Assembly (NCBI GenBank): GCA_902588315.1
Contig: CACIOP010000004.1
Location: 11,879-75,878, forward strand
Source of the DNA: an uncultured Pelagibacteraceae bacterium
GTDB taxonomy: Bacteria; Pseudomonadota; Alphaproteobacteria; Pelagibacterales; Pelagibacteraceae
Length of the DNA: 64,000 nt
Reading direction: 5' to 3'
Of this stretch, positions 30,658 to 39,931 are shown piece after piece. A program made the position numbers and the translations under genes. The notes under the pieces are model-generated. The model did not search any database. It was not told the DNA's origin and saw nothing but the letters and a program-made list of their open reading frames with translations. How positions within the stretch are numbered: position 1 is the first letter of the stretch; every line of letters begins with the position of its first letter.

Positions 30658-31953
30658 ATGATTGATTCAAAAGAAAAAATTATAAATTATTTTAAATCAG
30701 GTATTAAAGAGCCCAAAAATTTCAAAATTGGGATCGAACATGAAAAGTTTTTATTTAATAATTCAAACAATAAAAGGATTGATTATTCAAAAATAAAAGA
30801 AATGTTTACAGCCCTGCTTGAATTTGGCTGGAATGCAGTTTTTGAAAAAGAAAATATCATTGCTCTTAATAAAGGTGGTAAAAATATAACTCTTGAACCA
30901 GGCAATCAGATAGAATTATCAGGAGATAAATTAAATCATATGCACGAAGCTTGTGCAGAGTCACAAGACTATTTGTTTGAATTAAAACAAGTTTCAAAAA
31001 AATTAGATATTAAAATTGTTAGTGCGGGGTTCGATCCTATATCCAAATTAAGTGAAATCCCAAACAATCCTAAACAACGATATGAATTGATGACTAAGGA
31101 TATGCCTCTAGGTGGCGAACTTAGTTTGGACATGATGTATCGAACATGTGGTACACAATTAAATATAGATTATAGTTCGGAAGAAGATTTTATTAAAAAG
31201 TTCAGAGTAGCTAACTCAATTGTACCTATTGCAATCGCTTTATTTGCGAATTCCTCAATTGTGGAGAAAAAAAATAGTAACTATTTATCTTATAGATCTA
31301 AAGTATGGCAAAGTACTTCTAGAGGTGGATTGCCTAAATTATTTTTTGAAAATATGAATTTTGAAAAATATGCAGATTTTGTAATTAATTTTCCTATATT
31401 ATTTATACAAAATAAAGATCAGTATATTTCAGGTAGAAAATATATTTTTAAAGATTTTATGGAGGGAAAAATTCAAGAAATTGGAAATAGACTTCCAACT
31501 GAAGCAGACTTAACAACTCACTTAAGTACAATATTTACTGAAAACAGAGTTAAGAAATATATTGAATTGAGATCTATGGATACCTGTGGTTGGGATTGTT
31601 TATGCGCAGGACCAGCTTTCAATATAGGTATGCTTTATGGAAATTTAGACGAAGTTCATGAATTAATTTCAACATGGGACAACAATAAAATAATTAACGC
31701 TTATCTAGAAGCACCACAAAAGGGATTTAATACTCAATTAATGGGTAAAGATCTTCTTTATTGGTCATCTACACTTTTAGATCTTTCAAGAAAAGGTTTA
31801 GAGAATAGAGATGTTTTAAGTAAAAAAGGTAATAACGAGACTCTATTCCTAAACCATCTACAAAAAGTAATTGATAATAAGACAACAAACGCAGATCATA
31901 TGATTAGTAAATTTTCAAAAAACGAAAATTTAGACGAATTATATGATAAATAA
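30658..31953 (+). CDS. gshA: Glutamate--cysteine ligase (alphaproteobacterial/plant type)
   Basis: IGIEHEKF, TLEPGNQIELSG, PKQRY..M, MMYRTCGTQ.N.DYSSE, HLSTIF.E.R; adjacent to gshB. Confidence 0.92.
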   Translation: MIDSKEKIINYFKSGIKEPKNFKIGIEHEKFLFNNSNNKRIDYSKIKEMFTALLEFGWNAVFEKENIIALNKGGKNITLEPGNQIELSGDKLNHMHEACAESQDYLFELKQVSKKLDIKIVSAGFDPISKLSEIPNNPKQRYELMTKDMPLGGELSLDMMYRTCGTQLNIDYSSEEDFIKKFRVANSIVPIAIALFANSSIVEKKNSNYLSYRSKVWQSTSRGGLPKLFFENMNFEKYADFVINFPILFIQNKDQYISGRKYIFKDFMEGKIQEIGNRLPTEADLTTHLSTIFTENRVKKYIELRSMDTCGWDCLCAGPAFNIGMLYGNLDEVHELISTWDNNKIINAYLEAPQKGFNTQLMGKDLLYWSSTLLDLSRKGLENRDVLSKKGNNETLFLNHLQKVIDNKTTNADHMISKFSKNENLDELYDK

Positions 31954-32869
31954 AATTGTTGCTGTTCAAGGAAACCATCCTTCTAAACTAAATCCTTTAA
32001 CGGATACAAGTGTTTTTTTAGCAAACGAAATTCAAAACAAAAAATATAAAATTTTCTATTATGATCCAAAAGACTTGTCAGTTGTTAATTCGAAAGTTAC
32101 AGCTAAAGGTTTTTTTATTAAATTTAATTATAGTAATAAAAAATTCTATAAAATCATAAAAAAACAAAATCTAGACTTAAGTAAATGTAAATTTATTCTT
32201 ATTCGTCAAGATCCACCATTTAATCTTGAGTATATTTCGACAACATACATTTTGGATACAATAAAGAGTAAAGTTAAAATAATCAACAATCCTACCTCGG
32301 TAAGAAATATTTCTGAAAAATTGTATTCCTCAAAATATCAAAAATATATGCCAGTTACTATTTTTACTCAAAATATGGATGAAATAAAAAAATTTTTCAA
32401 AAAAAACAAAAAAGTCATTTTAAAGCCCATCCATAGTTTCAGTGGAAATGATATTCATTTACAAACTAAATTTAATTCAAAATTGGTTAATAAATTTATA
32501 AAAAAACATGATCATATCATGTGCCAAAAATTTCTTCCCAAAATAAGTAAGGGAGACAAAAGGGTTTTTATTATAAATGGGAAAGTATGTGGTGCAATTT
32601 CAAGGGTCCCAAAGAAAGGTTCATTTTTAAGTAATATGAGTAAAGGAGCAAAACCAACTAATATAAAATTAACAAGTAAAGAAATTAAAATTTCAAAATT
32701 AATTGCAAAAGATTTAAAAAAAGAAAATATTTTTTTTGCAGGAATTGATTTTATAGATCAAAAACTCAATGGAGATATTAATGTTACCTCTCCAACTGGA
32801 CTTAAAACACTTTACGATCTATCAGGAAAAAATTTAGCTAAAACTTTTTGGAAAGAGCTTAAAGCGTGA
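31943..32869 (+). CDS. gshB: Glutathione synthetase
   Basis: DTS, IRQDPPFN..Y, GDKR, INVTSPTG. Confidence 0.93.
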   Translation: MINKIVAVQGNHPSKLNPLTDTSVFLANEIQNKKYKIFYYDPKDLSVVNSKVTAKGFFIKFNYSNKKFYKIIKKQNLDLSKCKFILIRQDPPFNLEYISTTYILDTIKSKVKIINNPTSVRNISEKLYSSKYQKYMPVTIFTQNMDEIKKFFKKNKKVILKPIHSFSGNDIHLQTKFNSKLVNKFIKKHDHIMCQKFLPKISKGDKRVFIINGKVCGAISRVPKKGSFLSNMSKGAKPTNIKLTSKEIKISKLIAKDLKKENIFFAGIDFIDQKLNGDINVTSPTGLKTLYDLSGKNLAKTFWKELKA

Positions 32870-33741
32870 ATAATTTAAGCGACCAACAAAAAGGTTCTTT
32901 AATGGCTTTTGTGGCAGTGATGTTTCTCACTCCAGATAGTTTGTTTATTAGATTATCAAACGTAGATACTTGGGGCTTAGTTTTTTACAGAGGAATGATT
33001 CCTTTTGTCACTGTATTTATTGGAATGTTAATTATTTATAGATCTAATTTTTTTAAATTACTTTATGGAAATTCAATTTATGGAGTGGCTTATATTGTAA
33101 CTTTTTCAATTACAAATATCACATTTGTTTTATCTATTCAGAATACAAATGTGGCTAATACTTTAGTGATGGTAGCTCTTGCTCCAATGTTATCAGCTAT
33201 CTTTGGAGCAATATTTTTAAAAGAAAAACCAGATAGAAATACATTAATTGCAATTGTGATCACTTTTTTAAGTGTGCTTTATATTTTTTACGACTCTGTA
33301 AAATTAGGAAATATATATGGTGATATTCTAGGATTTGTTACCTCTGCTGGTCTTGCAGCTGGTGCAACAATAATAAGAGCTGGAAAAAGTTTGAATTTAG
33401 TGCCATCCGCTGTAGTTGGTAAGTTAGTGGTGGCTTTAGTTGCTTTATTTTTTATTGATAGTTTTGAGTTAAAAAATAATGATATTTATATAATTCCAGC
33501 TATGTGTATTTTATGCGTAGCAATTCCTTTTGTACTCGTAACGCTAGCGCCAAGATATATAACTGGAGCAGAAGTAAATTTATTCTTCTTAATGGAGACT
33601 GTTTTAGGTCCTATTTGGGTTTGGATGGTTGTCAAAGAACAGCCTTCAATAGAGACAATCCAAGGAGGGATTGTGATCATACTTACTATCGCAATTCACT
33701 CCTTCTTAGCCATAAAAAAAACACAAACCAAAACTACTTAG
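32866..33741 (+). CDS. DMT/EamA family transporter
   Basis: About 10 TM, FLKEK, ETVLGPIWVW..E.P; GTG start. Confidence 0.88.
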   Translation: MNNLSDQQKGSLMAFVAVMFLTPDSLFIRLSNVDTWGLVFYRGMIPFVTVFIGMLIIYRSNFFKLLYGNSIYGVAYIVTFSITNITFVLSIQNTNVANTLVMVALAPMLSAIFGAIFLKEKPDRNTLIAIVITFLSVLYIFYDSVKLGNIYGDILGFVTSAGLAAGATIIRAGKSLNLVPSAVVGKLVVALVALFFIDSFELKNNDIYIIPAMCILCVAIPFVLVTLAPRYITGAEVNLFFLMETVLGPIWVWMVVKEQPSIETIQGGIVIILTIAIHSFLAIKKTQTKTT

Positions 33742-33771
33742 CCAGCAATTATTTAAAATTAGAAATTACAA

Positions 33772-35076
33772 ATGCAAAAAGAAGTAAAAAAATCCTGGGC
33801 CCTTTTTATAGGTATTGGAACCATGATGATAGCTCATGGATTACAAATGCAGATAATGGGTATTCGTTCTGTACTTGAGGACTTTAGTGTTTTTACAACT
33901 GGTATATTAATGTCTGGATATTATGTTGGTTACTTTGTGGGCTCAAGAACTACTCCTAATTTTGTTTCAAAAGTTGGTCATATAAGAGTATTTGCTGCAT
34001 TTGCTTCTCTTGCATCTTTAAGTGCATTAATCGCTGTAGTTTATATTAATCCCTTCATGTGGACAATTAGTAGGTTCATAACAGGTATAAGTTTAGTTAG
34101 TTGTTACGTTGTTACTGAAAGTTGGCTCAATGATAGAGCAACTAACAAAAATAGAGGGCAACTATTGTCAGCTTACATGATGGTAATTTATTTTGGTTTA
34201 GCCCTAGGTATGCTTCTACTTAATGTAAGTGAACCTGAAGATTATGAACCATTTATTTTGGTTTCTATTTTGCTTTCTGTTGCTCTAGTTCCAATTTTAT
34301 TAACAAAAAGACCTGCCCCTAAATTTAAAAAAATAGAAACAATAAGTATCTTAGAACTTTATAAAATCTCACCCCTTGGTTCTTTAAGTTCTTTCTTTAC
34401 TGGAATAATTCATGCAGCTTTCTTTTCTTTAATTTCTGTTTATTCAACAATCGCAAAATTTACTTTATTAGAGACATCTATACTTTTGTTTACAGCAACG
34501 ATTGCTGGAGTTGCAGGTCAAGGTCCAATTGGTTATTTTTCAGATATTTTTGATAGAAGGAAAGTAATAGTCATCACTACTTTTGGAAGTTCGTTGCTAG
34601 CATTAATTGCAATTTTAACTTCGAATGATCCTATTCAAAATATTTATTATATGAATGAATTTGCTTTCAGGAAAATAATATTTTTTATTGCAGTTGGGCT
34701 TTATACTAGTTTTTGTTTACCACTATTCTCTCTTAATCTTGCACATACAAATGACTTTGTTCCAAAATCTAAGTTTGTTGCTGCGGGTGGTGGATTACAA
34801 TTAATATTTGGAGTTGGAGCAATTAGCGGTCCAATTTTATGTGCTATTTTTATGGAATGGTTCGGATTGAATGGTTTGTTTGTTTTTTTAATTATTGCAC
34901 ACGCGATAATCGGAATATTTGGGTTGTATAGAATGAAAGTTAGAGAAACTGTTGAGAACCCAGATTCAACATTTACACCAGTTCCAGCAACAATTACACC
35001 AGCTGGATTAGAACTAGATCCAGATGCACCTGCAACACTTGATGAAAACCCAGTTAATGAAACTGTAAAAACTTAA
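33772..35076 (+). CDS. MFS transporter (YcaD-like)
   Basis: About 12 TM, VGHIRVFAAFAS, ESWLN..NRG, SDIFDRRKV. Confidence 0.88.
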   Translation: MQKEVKKSWALFIGIGTMMIAHGLQMQIMGIRSVLEDFSVFTTGILMSGYYVGYFVGSRTTPNFVSKVGHIRVFAAFASLASLSALIAVVYINPFMWTISRFITGISLVSCYVVTESWLNDRATNKNRGQLLSAYMMVIYFGLALGMLLLNVSEPEDYEPFILVSILLSVALVPILLTKRPAPKFKKIETISILELYKISPLGSLSSFFTGIIHAAFFSLISVYSTIAKFTLLETSILLFTATIAGVAGQGPIGYFSDIFDRRKVIVITTFGSSLLALIAILTSNDPIQNIYYMNEFAFRKIIFFIAVGLYTSFCLPLFSLNLAHTNDFVPKSKFVAAGGGLQLIFGVGAISGPILCAIFMEWFGLNGLFVFLIIAHAIIGIFGLYRMKVRETVENPDSTFTPVPATITPAGLELDPDAPATLDENPVNETVKT

Positions 35077-35519
35077 TTAATTATTTCAATTTTATCACCA
35101 ACATTAATTTTGGAAGATGAAAGAATTTGGCATCTAAGACCACCTTTTCTCATAAATTCTTTAAGGATATTTTTTTGATCGAGCATTTCAGTCAAATGTC
35201 GACACGGACGACATAATTCTATTCCCTCTAATTCAACATTTCCTATCTTTAATTTTTTTCCAATTAAATCATTTAATTCAATACCTTTTGTAACAATATT
35301 CCTTCTAAAATTGATGTAAGGTATATCGAGCCCAAATTTAATATTATATTCATCAATATTCTCAGCCTCTATTAAAGATAATTGATTGTAAGGATCATTA
35401 AAGTCATGAAAATGTCGATCGCCTACTATTCCTTTATTTGCTAAAACTTCAATTGAATTCACTTCCTTGATTGGTTGATTGTTGTTAGCGGTAAGACCTA
35501 ATTTAAATACTTTCGCCAT
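35073..35519 (-). CDS. MOSC domain protein
   Basis: GIVGDRH, QLSLIE, RRNIVT, CRPC, GGLR. Confidence 0.88.
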   Translation of the reverse strand: MAKVFKLGLTANNNQPIKEVNSIEVLANKGIVGDRHFHDFNDPYNQLSLIEAENIDEYNIKFGLDIPYINFRRNIVTKGIELNDLIGKKLKIGNVELEGIELCRPCRHLTEMLDQKNILKEFMRKGGLRCQILSSSKINVGDKIEIIN

Positions 35520-35566
35520 AAATTATTGAAGAAATAGTTGAGCTCATATAATCTTTTCAAAATAAT

Positions 35567-36391
35567 ATGACTTATCTATCATCAAATCAACTTAAACAGT
35601 ATGAAGATCAAGGATACATATCCCCTATTGAAGTTTTGTCTAGTAGTGAAGCATTAGAGGCAAGAGAAGAAATAGAATTGATTGAAAAAAAAATGCCAAA
35701 TGAAATTGATAAATCGGGAAGATATAATGTTCATTTAATTTCACCAAAACTTGATTCGATTGTTCATAATTCAAAAATTTTAGATGCAGTTGAAAGTATT
35801 ATTGGAAAAAACATATTAGTTTGCAGTACTACTTTGTTTATTAAAAACCCTAAAGAACAAGGTTTTGTAAGTTATCACCAAGATGCAAAGTACATAGGAT
35901 TAGAACCACTCAATTGAGTTACAGCATGGGTAGCATTAACAGATTCAAACGAAAACAACGGATGTATGAAAATGTGGCCTAAATCACATTTAAATATTAA
36001 AGATCACAATGAGAAATTTAATGAAGGCAATTTGCTTACTAGAGGACAAACAGTAGAGAATGTACCTGAAGACGAAGTTAAATCTATAGAACTAAAAGCT
36101 GGTCAAATGTCTTTACATCATCCAAGAGTAGTACATGGGTCAGGTATTAACAAAAGTAATGACAGAAGAATAGGATTTGTTATCCAAAGCTATATAGGGA
36201 CAAATGTAAAACAGATCTTAGGCAAAAATAGTGTTCAAATTGCAAGAGGAGAGGATAACTATCATCATCATGAAATTATAAATAGAACTAAAGCTCTTAT
36301 GAATAAAGAAAGTATTTTTCTTCGAAAAAAAGAAAATGATTACTTGCAAGAAATTTTTTATAAAGGTGCAAAACAAAAAGGTTCTTATTAG
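35567..36391 (+). pseudogene. Phytanoyl-CoA dioxygenase (PhyH) family Fe/2OG oxygenase interrupted by one in-frame TGA at 35915-35917
   Basis: ORFs 35567..35917 and 35966..36391 share a frame. Reading through gives HQD..LEPLN*VTAWVALTDSNENNGCM..LKAGQ..HH..VHGSG.N..RR. Confidence 0.8.
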
Positions 36392-36394
36392 TTT

Positions 36395-37405
36395 ATGAAA
36401 AAAGCACTTAACCTTGGAGTAATTGGAATAGATCATGGTCATATTTTCGATATGCTAGATGAAATGATCAAAGAAGGTTGTAGCTGTAATTATTTCTGGA
36501 CAGATGGAGATCCTTTTACTCTTCAAGAATTTAATAAAAAGTATCCAAATATTAAAAGAAAAGAAAATAAAGAGGAAATATTAAATGACTCATCTATTGA
36601 TATGATTTTAATATCTTCGATCCCTGTAGATAGAGCTCGTCATTCAATAGATGCTTTAAAAGCTGGTAAAGATGTTATGGTAGATAAACCGGGCTGTACT
36701 ACCCTAGATCAATTAAATAATTTGAAAAACACAGTTAAAGAAACTGGAAAAATCTGGTCTGTGAATTTTTCTGAAAGATTTCACGTTGCTGCAGTTGCTA
36801 AAGCTGAAGAATTAGTAAATGAAGGCAAAATAGGAAAAGTAAAACAAACTATTGGCACAGGTCCACATAGGCAAGGAAACTATGAGAGACCGGATTGGTT
36901 TTATAATCGTCAAAGTTATGGAGGAATTATTACCGATATTGGTTCCCACCAAATTCATCAATTTTTAGTTTTTACAAATTCAAATCAAGCAATAATCAAC
37001 CATGCATTAGTAGAAAATACAACAAAGAAAGATATGCCTGGTTTTCAAGACTTTGGTGAAGTGAACCTTACTGGTAATGGTGGGCACGGATATGTACGCC
37101 TAGATTGGTTTACTCCAGATGCCCTTCCAACTTGGGGAGATGGAAGATTATTAATACTTGGAGACAAAGGTTTTATTGAAATAAGAAAATATACAGATTT
37201 AGCAAAATCGAAAAAAGGTAATCATTTATTTTTAGCAAATAATGAAGAAGTGAAACACATTGACTGCTCTAATGTTAAGCTGCCATACTTTAGTAATTTA
37301 ATTAATGATGTTTTAAACAGAACAGAAACTGCATGTCCTCAAGATCTTACTTATCTTTCGATGGAACTTGCTATTAAAGCTCAAGAGCAATCTGAAAAAA
37401 AATGA
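36395..37405 (+). CDS. Gfo/Idh/MocA family oxidoreductase
   Basis: GVIGIDHGH, AGKDVMVDKP, GGIITDIGSHQ. Confidence 0.88.
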   Translation: MKKALNLGVIGIDHGHIFDMLDEMIKEGCSCNYFWTDGDPFTLQEFNKKYPNIKRKENKEEILNDSSIDMILISSIPVDRARHSIDALKAGKDVMVDKPGCTTLDQLNNLKNTVKETGKIWSVNFSERFHVAAVAKAEELVNEGKIGKVKQTIGTGPHRQGNYERPDWFYNRQSYGGIITDIGSHQIHQFLVFTNSNQAIINHALVENTTKKDMPGFQDFGEVNLTGNGGHGYVRLDWFTPDALPTWGDGRLLILGDKGFIEIRKYTDLAKSKKGNHLFLANNEEVKHIDCSNVKLPYFSNLINDVLNRTETACPQDLTYLSMELAIKAQEQSEKK

Positions 37406-38475
37406 AAAAATATCAAGTAGCAATAATTGGAACCAATATAGGAGCAAAACATTTCGAAGATTTTCAAAAAGTATCTGGGAGATTTAATGTTCATACATTA
37501 TGTGGTTTAACACGGGAGGCTATTGATAAAATACTACAATCAAATAATGAGACAAAAGTTTCTTTAAATTTTGAAGATTTATTAAAAGTTAAAGAAATTG
37601 ATATCATTGATATTTGTCTTCCACCCCATTTACATTTTTCTGCTTGTAAAAAAGCTATGGAAGCTGGAAAGCATGTGATTTGTGAAAAACCATTAGTTTC
37701 AAGTCTTAAAGAAGTAGATGAATTAGAAAAAATTAGTGAAGAAACTGGTAAGATTATTTTCCCAGTATTTCAATATCGATATGGTCTAGGATTTTCGAAG
37801 TTAAAAGCATTAATCAAATCTGGTTTAGCAAGAAAACCGTTAGTTGCTTCTTTAGAAACTCATTGGAATAGAGGTAAAGATTACTATTCAAAACCTTGGA
37901 GAGGAACTTGGGAAGGTGAACAAGGTGGAGCTATTTTAAGTCACTCTATTCATATTCATGATTTAGTTAGTATGATCCTAGGTCCTGTTTCAAATGTTTT
38001 TGCTAAGCTATCAACTAGAGTAAATGATATTGAGGTTGAGGATTGTGCTGCCCTTTCAATTGAAATGGAAAATGGAACTCTTGTTACAAGCTCTATCACA
38101 TTGGGAGCTGCAAACGATACTAGTAGACTTCGATTTTGTTTTGAGGGACTCACTGCCGAGTCTGCTGCTTCTCCTGAAAAACCTTATAGCCCAGCTGACG
38201 ATGAGTGGACTTTTTTACCAAGAACGCCAACTACACAAAGTCAAATTGAAGATGTAATATCTAAAGTAAAACAAAGCAAATCATGGTACGCTGGAATGTT
38301 TGAGGAAATAGCAAATAAACTTAGCGGTTTACCTAGTGATGAGGTAACCCTAAGAGATGCTCGAAATTCTTTAGAATTTGTTACTGCTGTCTATGCTTCA
38401 TCTAGGCAAAATAAAATTATTGAAATTCCAATAGATAAAAAAAATAAACTTTATAATTCCTGGCTCCCATATTAA
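37402..38475 (+). CDS. Gfo/Idh/MocA family oxidoreductase
   Basis: CLPPHLH, AGKHVICEKP, WRG.W..GG....IH..D. Confidence 0.88.
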   Translation: MKKYQVAIIGTNIGAKHFEDFQKVSGRFNVHTLCGLTREAIDKILQSNNETKVSLNFEDLLKVKEIDIIDICLPPHLHFSACKKAMEAGKHVICEKPLVSSLKEVDELEKISEETGKIIFPVFQYRYGLGFSKLKALIKSGLARKPLVASLETHWNRGKDYYSKPWRGTWEGEQGGAILSHSIHIHDLVSMILGPVSNVFAKLSTRVNDIEVEDCAALSIEMENGTLVTSSITLGAANDTSRLRFCFEGLTAESAASPEKPYSPADDEWTFLPRTPTTQSQIEDVISKVKQSKSWYAGMFEEIANKLSGLPSDEVTLRDARNSLEFVTAVYASSRQNKIIEIPIDKKNKLYNSWLPY

Positions 38476-38480
38476 ATAAA

Positions 38481-39218
38481 TTAATTTCTAAATGTTTTAA
38501 AAATACTTACAGATATAAAATAAATATTTGAAACAACCCATAAAAACATAAAGAAAAACTCATATACCGAGCTTATGTTTAGGTCCTTTATTAAAATAAG
38601 TAAAATCGAGGTGATAAACCAAAATATCGCAAAAAAAATTGATAAATTTTTAAATTTTTTAACCCTTAAAGGATGAATACATTTTAAAGGAGAAAATTTT
38701 AGTAATATTAATAAAATTAAAAATATCAAATTAAAATTTTGGCTAGTACCAAAAATATAAAAGTAAAGTACAATTACATTCCAAATAGCAGGGAAGCCAT
38801 TATAGTAGTTATCATTTGTTAAAATATTCAAGTTCACATAAGAATAAATAGAAATAAAAATTAAAATTACAGGAATTAATAAAATAAACTGGTCAGGTAC
38901 ATACCTAAACCAATAAATCATTACCGATGGTATTATAACATAGTTAAAAAAATCAATTATACTATCCAGCATTTTACCATCAATATGTGGTAAATTTTTT
39001 TTCACATTAAATTTTCTAGCTAAAGTTCCATCAACACTGTCTATTAAAAATGCAAACCCAAGCCAAAGAAAAGCCGCTTTTTGGTTGTTATTCATAACAG
39101 CAATTAAAGCAAAAAAACCAGCAACGATTCCTAATCCAGTCAATAAATGAACAAGAATACCAAGAAATCTATCTTGTTTAATAAGTTCATAAGTTTTAAT
39201 ATTTTTTTCTTTACTCAT
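38481..39218 (-). CDS. pcs: Phosphatidylcholine synthase-like CDP-alcohol phosphatidyltransferase
   Basis: VHLLTGLG; DGTLAR-x8-P-x3-G-x3-D-x3-D (Pcs-type spacing); GFPAIWN; HPLRV. Confidence 0.8.
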   Translation of the reverse strand: MSKEKNIKTYELIKQDRFLGILVHLLTGLGIVAGFFALIAVMNNNQKAAFLWLGFAFLIDSVDGTLARKFNVKKNLPHIDGKMLDSIIDFFNYVIIPSVMIYWFRYVPDQFILLIPVILIFISIYSYVNLNILTNDNYYNGFPAIWNVIVLYFYIFGTSQNFNLIFLILLILLKFSPLKCIHPLRVKKFKNLSIFFAIFWFITSILLILIKDLNISSVYEFFFMFLWVVSNIYFISVSIFKTFRN

Positions 39219-39231
39219 TTTGTTTCTAAAA

Positions 39232-39924
39232 TTATCTAGCCAATTTTATGAAAATATCTCCCATTCCACTTTGTAATTGTTCATCAGGCGTATTGTTTCT
39301 AAATTCACAAAATAAACCAGTCACTTGATGATTATCTATTTTGACAATTTCGGATTTATCACAAGATTTAGCTTGATGGAATAATCCAATAACTAGCCTA
39401 TTATTTAGTTCTACAACTTGATGTTTTGATATACTTACACCGTCACAAAAATAATCTCTATTTACTTGATTAGGAAAATTTTTTTTACCACACGGGTTTT
39501 TAATGGTTAAAACATAAAACTCTTTTTCTACATCTTTAAATTTATGTTTCATTTTGTCAACTTTTGAATATTTCATTAAATCACATGAACATGGAATGCA
39601 GCACCTATAATAATCACCACAAACTTTTTTATTTGTACCAACTTCTTCTAAATATACTTTTTCAGGATCAGCATTAGGATCTATTAATGAACCAGATACA
39701 GCACAATAAAGTTTATTAAACTCAACAAATTCTTGATAAGTAATATCTTTGTTTAATATATGTTTAAAAAATTTTGGACCAGCAGCATTTCTATTTCTAT
39801 CTGGGAATATTTTACTCCATTCATTTACTAACTCTTGATAATAATTTCTTTCTTGTGCTTCTAAACTTGAGTTATGAAAAAAAACTAAAAATACGGTAAA
39901 TATTATAAAAAAAAATTTTTTCAT
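39232..39924 (-). CDS. Secreted cysteine-rich hypothetical protein
   Basis: Signal peptide MKKFFFIIF..LEA; 10 Cys including CCIPCSC. Confidence 0.75.
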   Translation of the reverse strand: MKKFFFIIFTVFLVFFHNSSLEAQERNYYQELVNEWSKIFPDRNRNAAGPKFFKHILNKDITYQEFVEFNKLYCAVSGSLIDPNADPEKVYLEEVGTNKKVCGDYYRCCIPCSCDLMKYSKVDKMKHKFKDVEKEFYVLTIKNPCGKKNFPNQVNRDYFCDGVSISKHQVVELNNRLVIGLFHQAKSCDKSEIVKIDNHQVTGLFCEFRNNTPDEQLQSGMGDIFIKLAR

Positions 39925-39931
39925 AAAAACA

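Noticed and set aside
35915-35960. Selenocysteine or genetic-code-4 reading of the PhyH TGA
   Set aside because: The position fits Trp rather than Cys, no convincing SECIS hairpin follows, FdhF and SelO use Cys, and TGA terminates other genes here.
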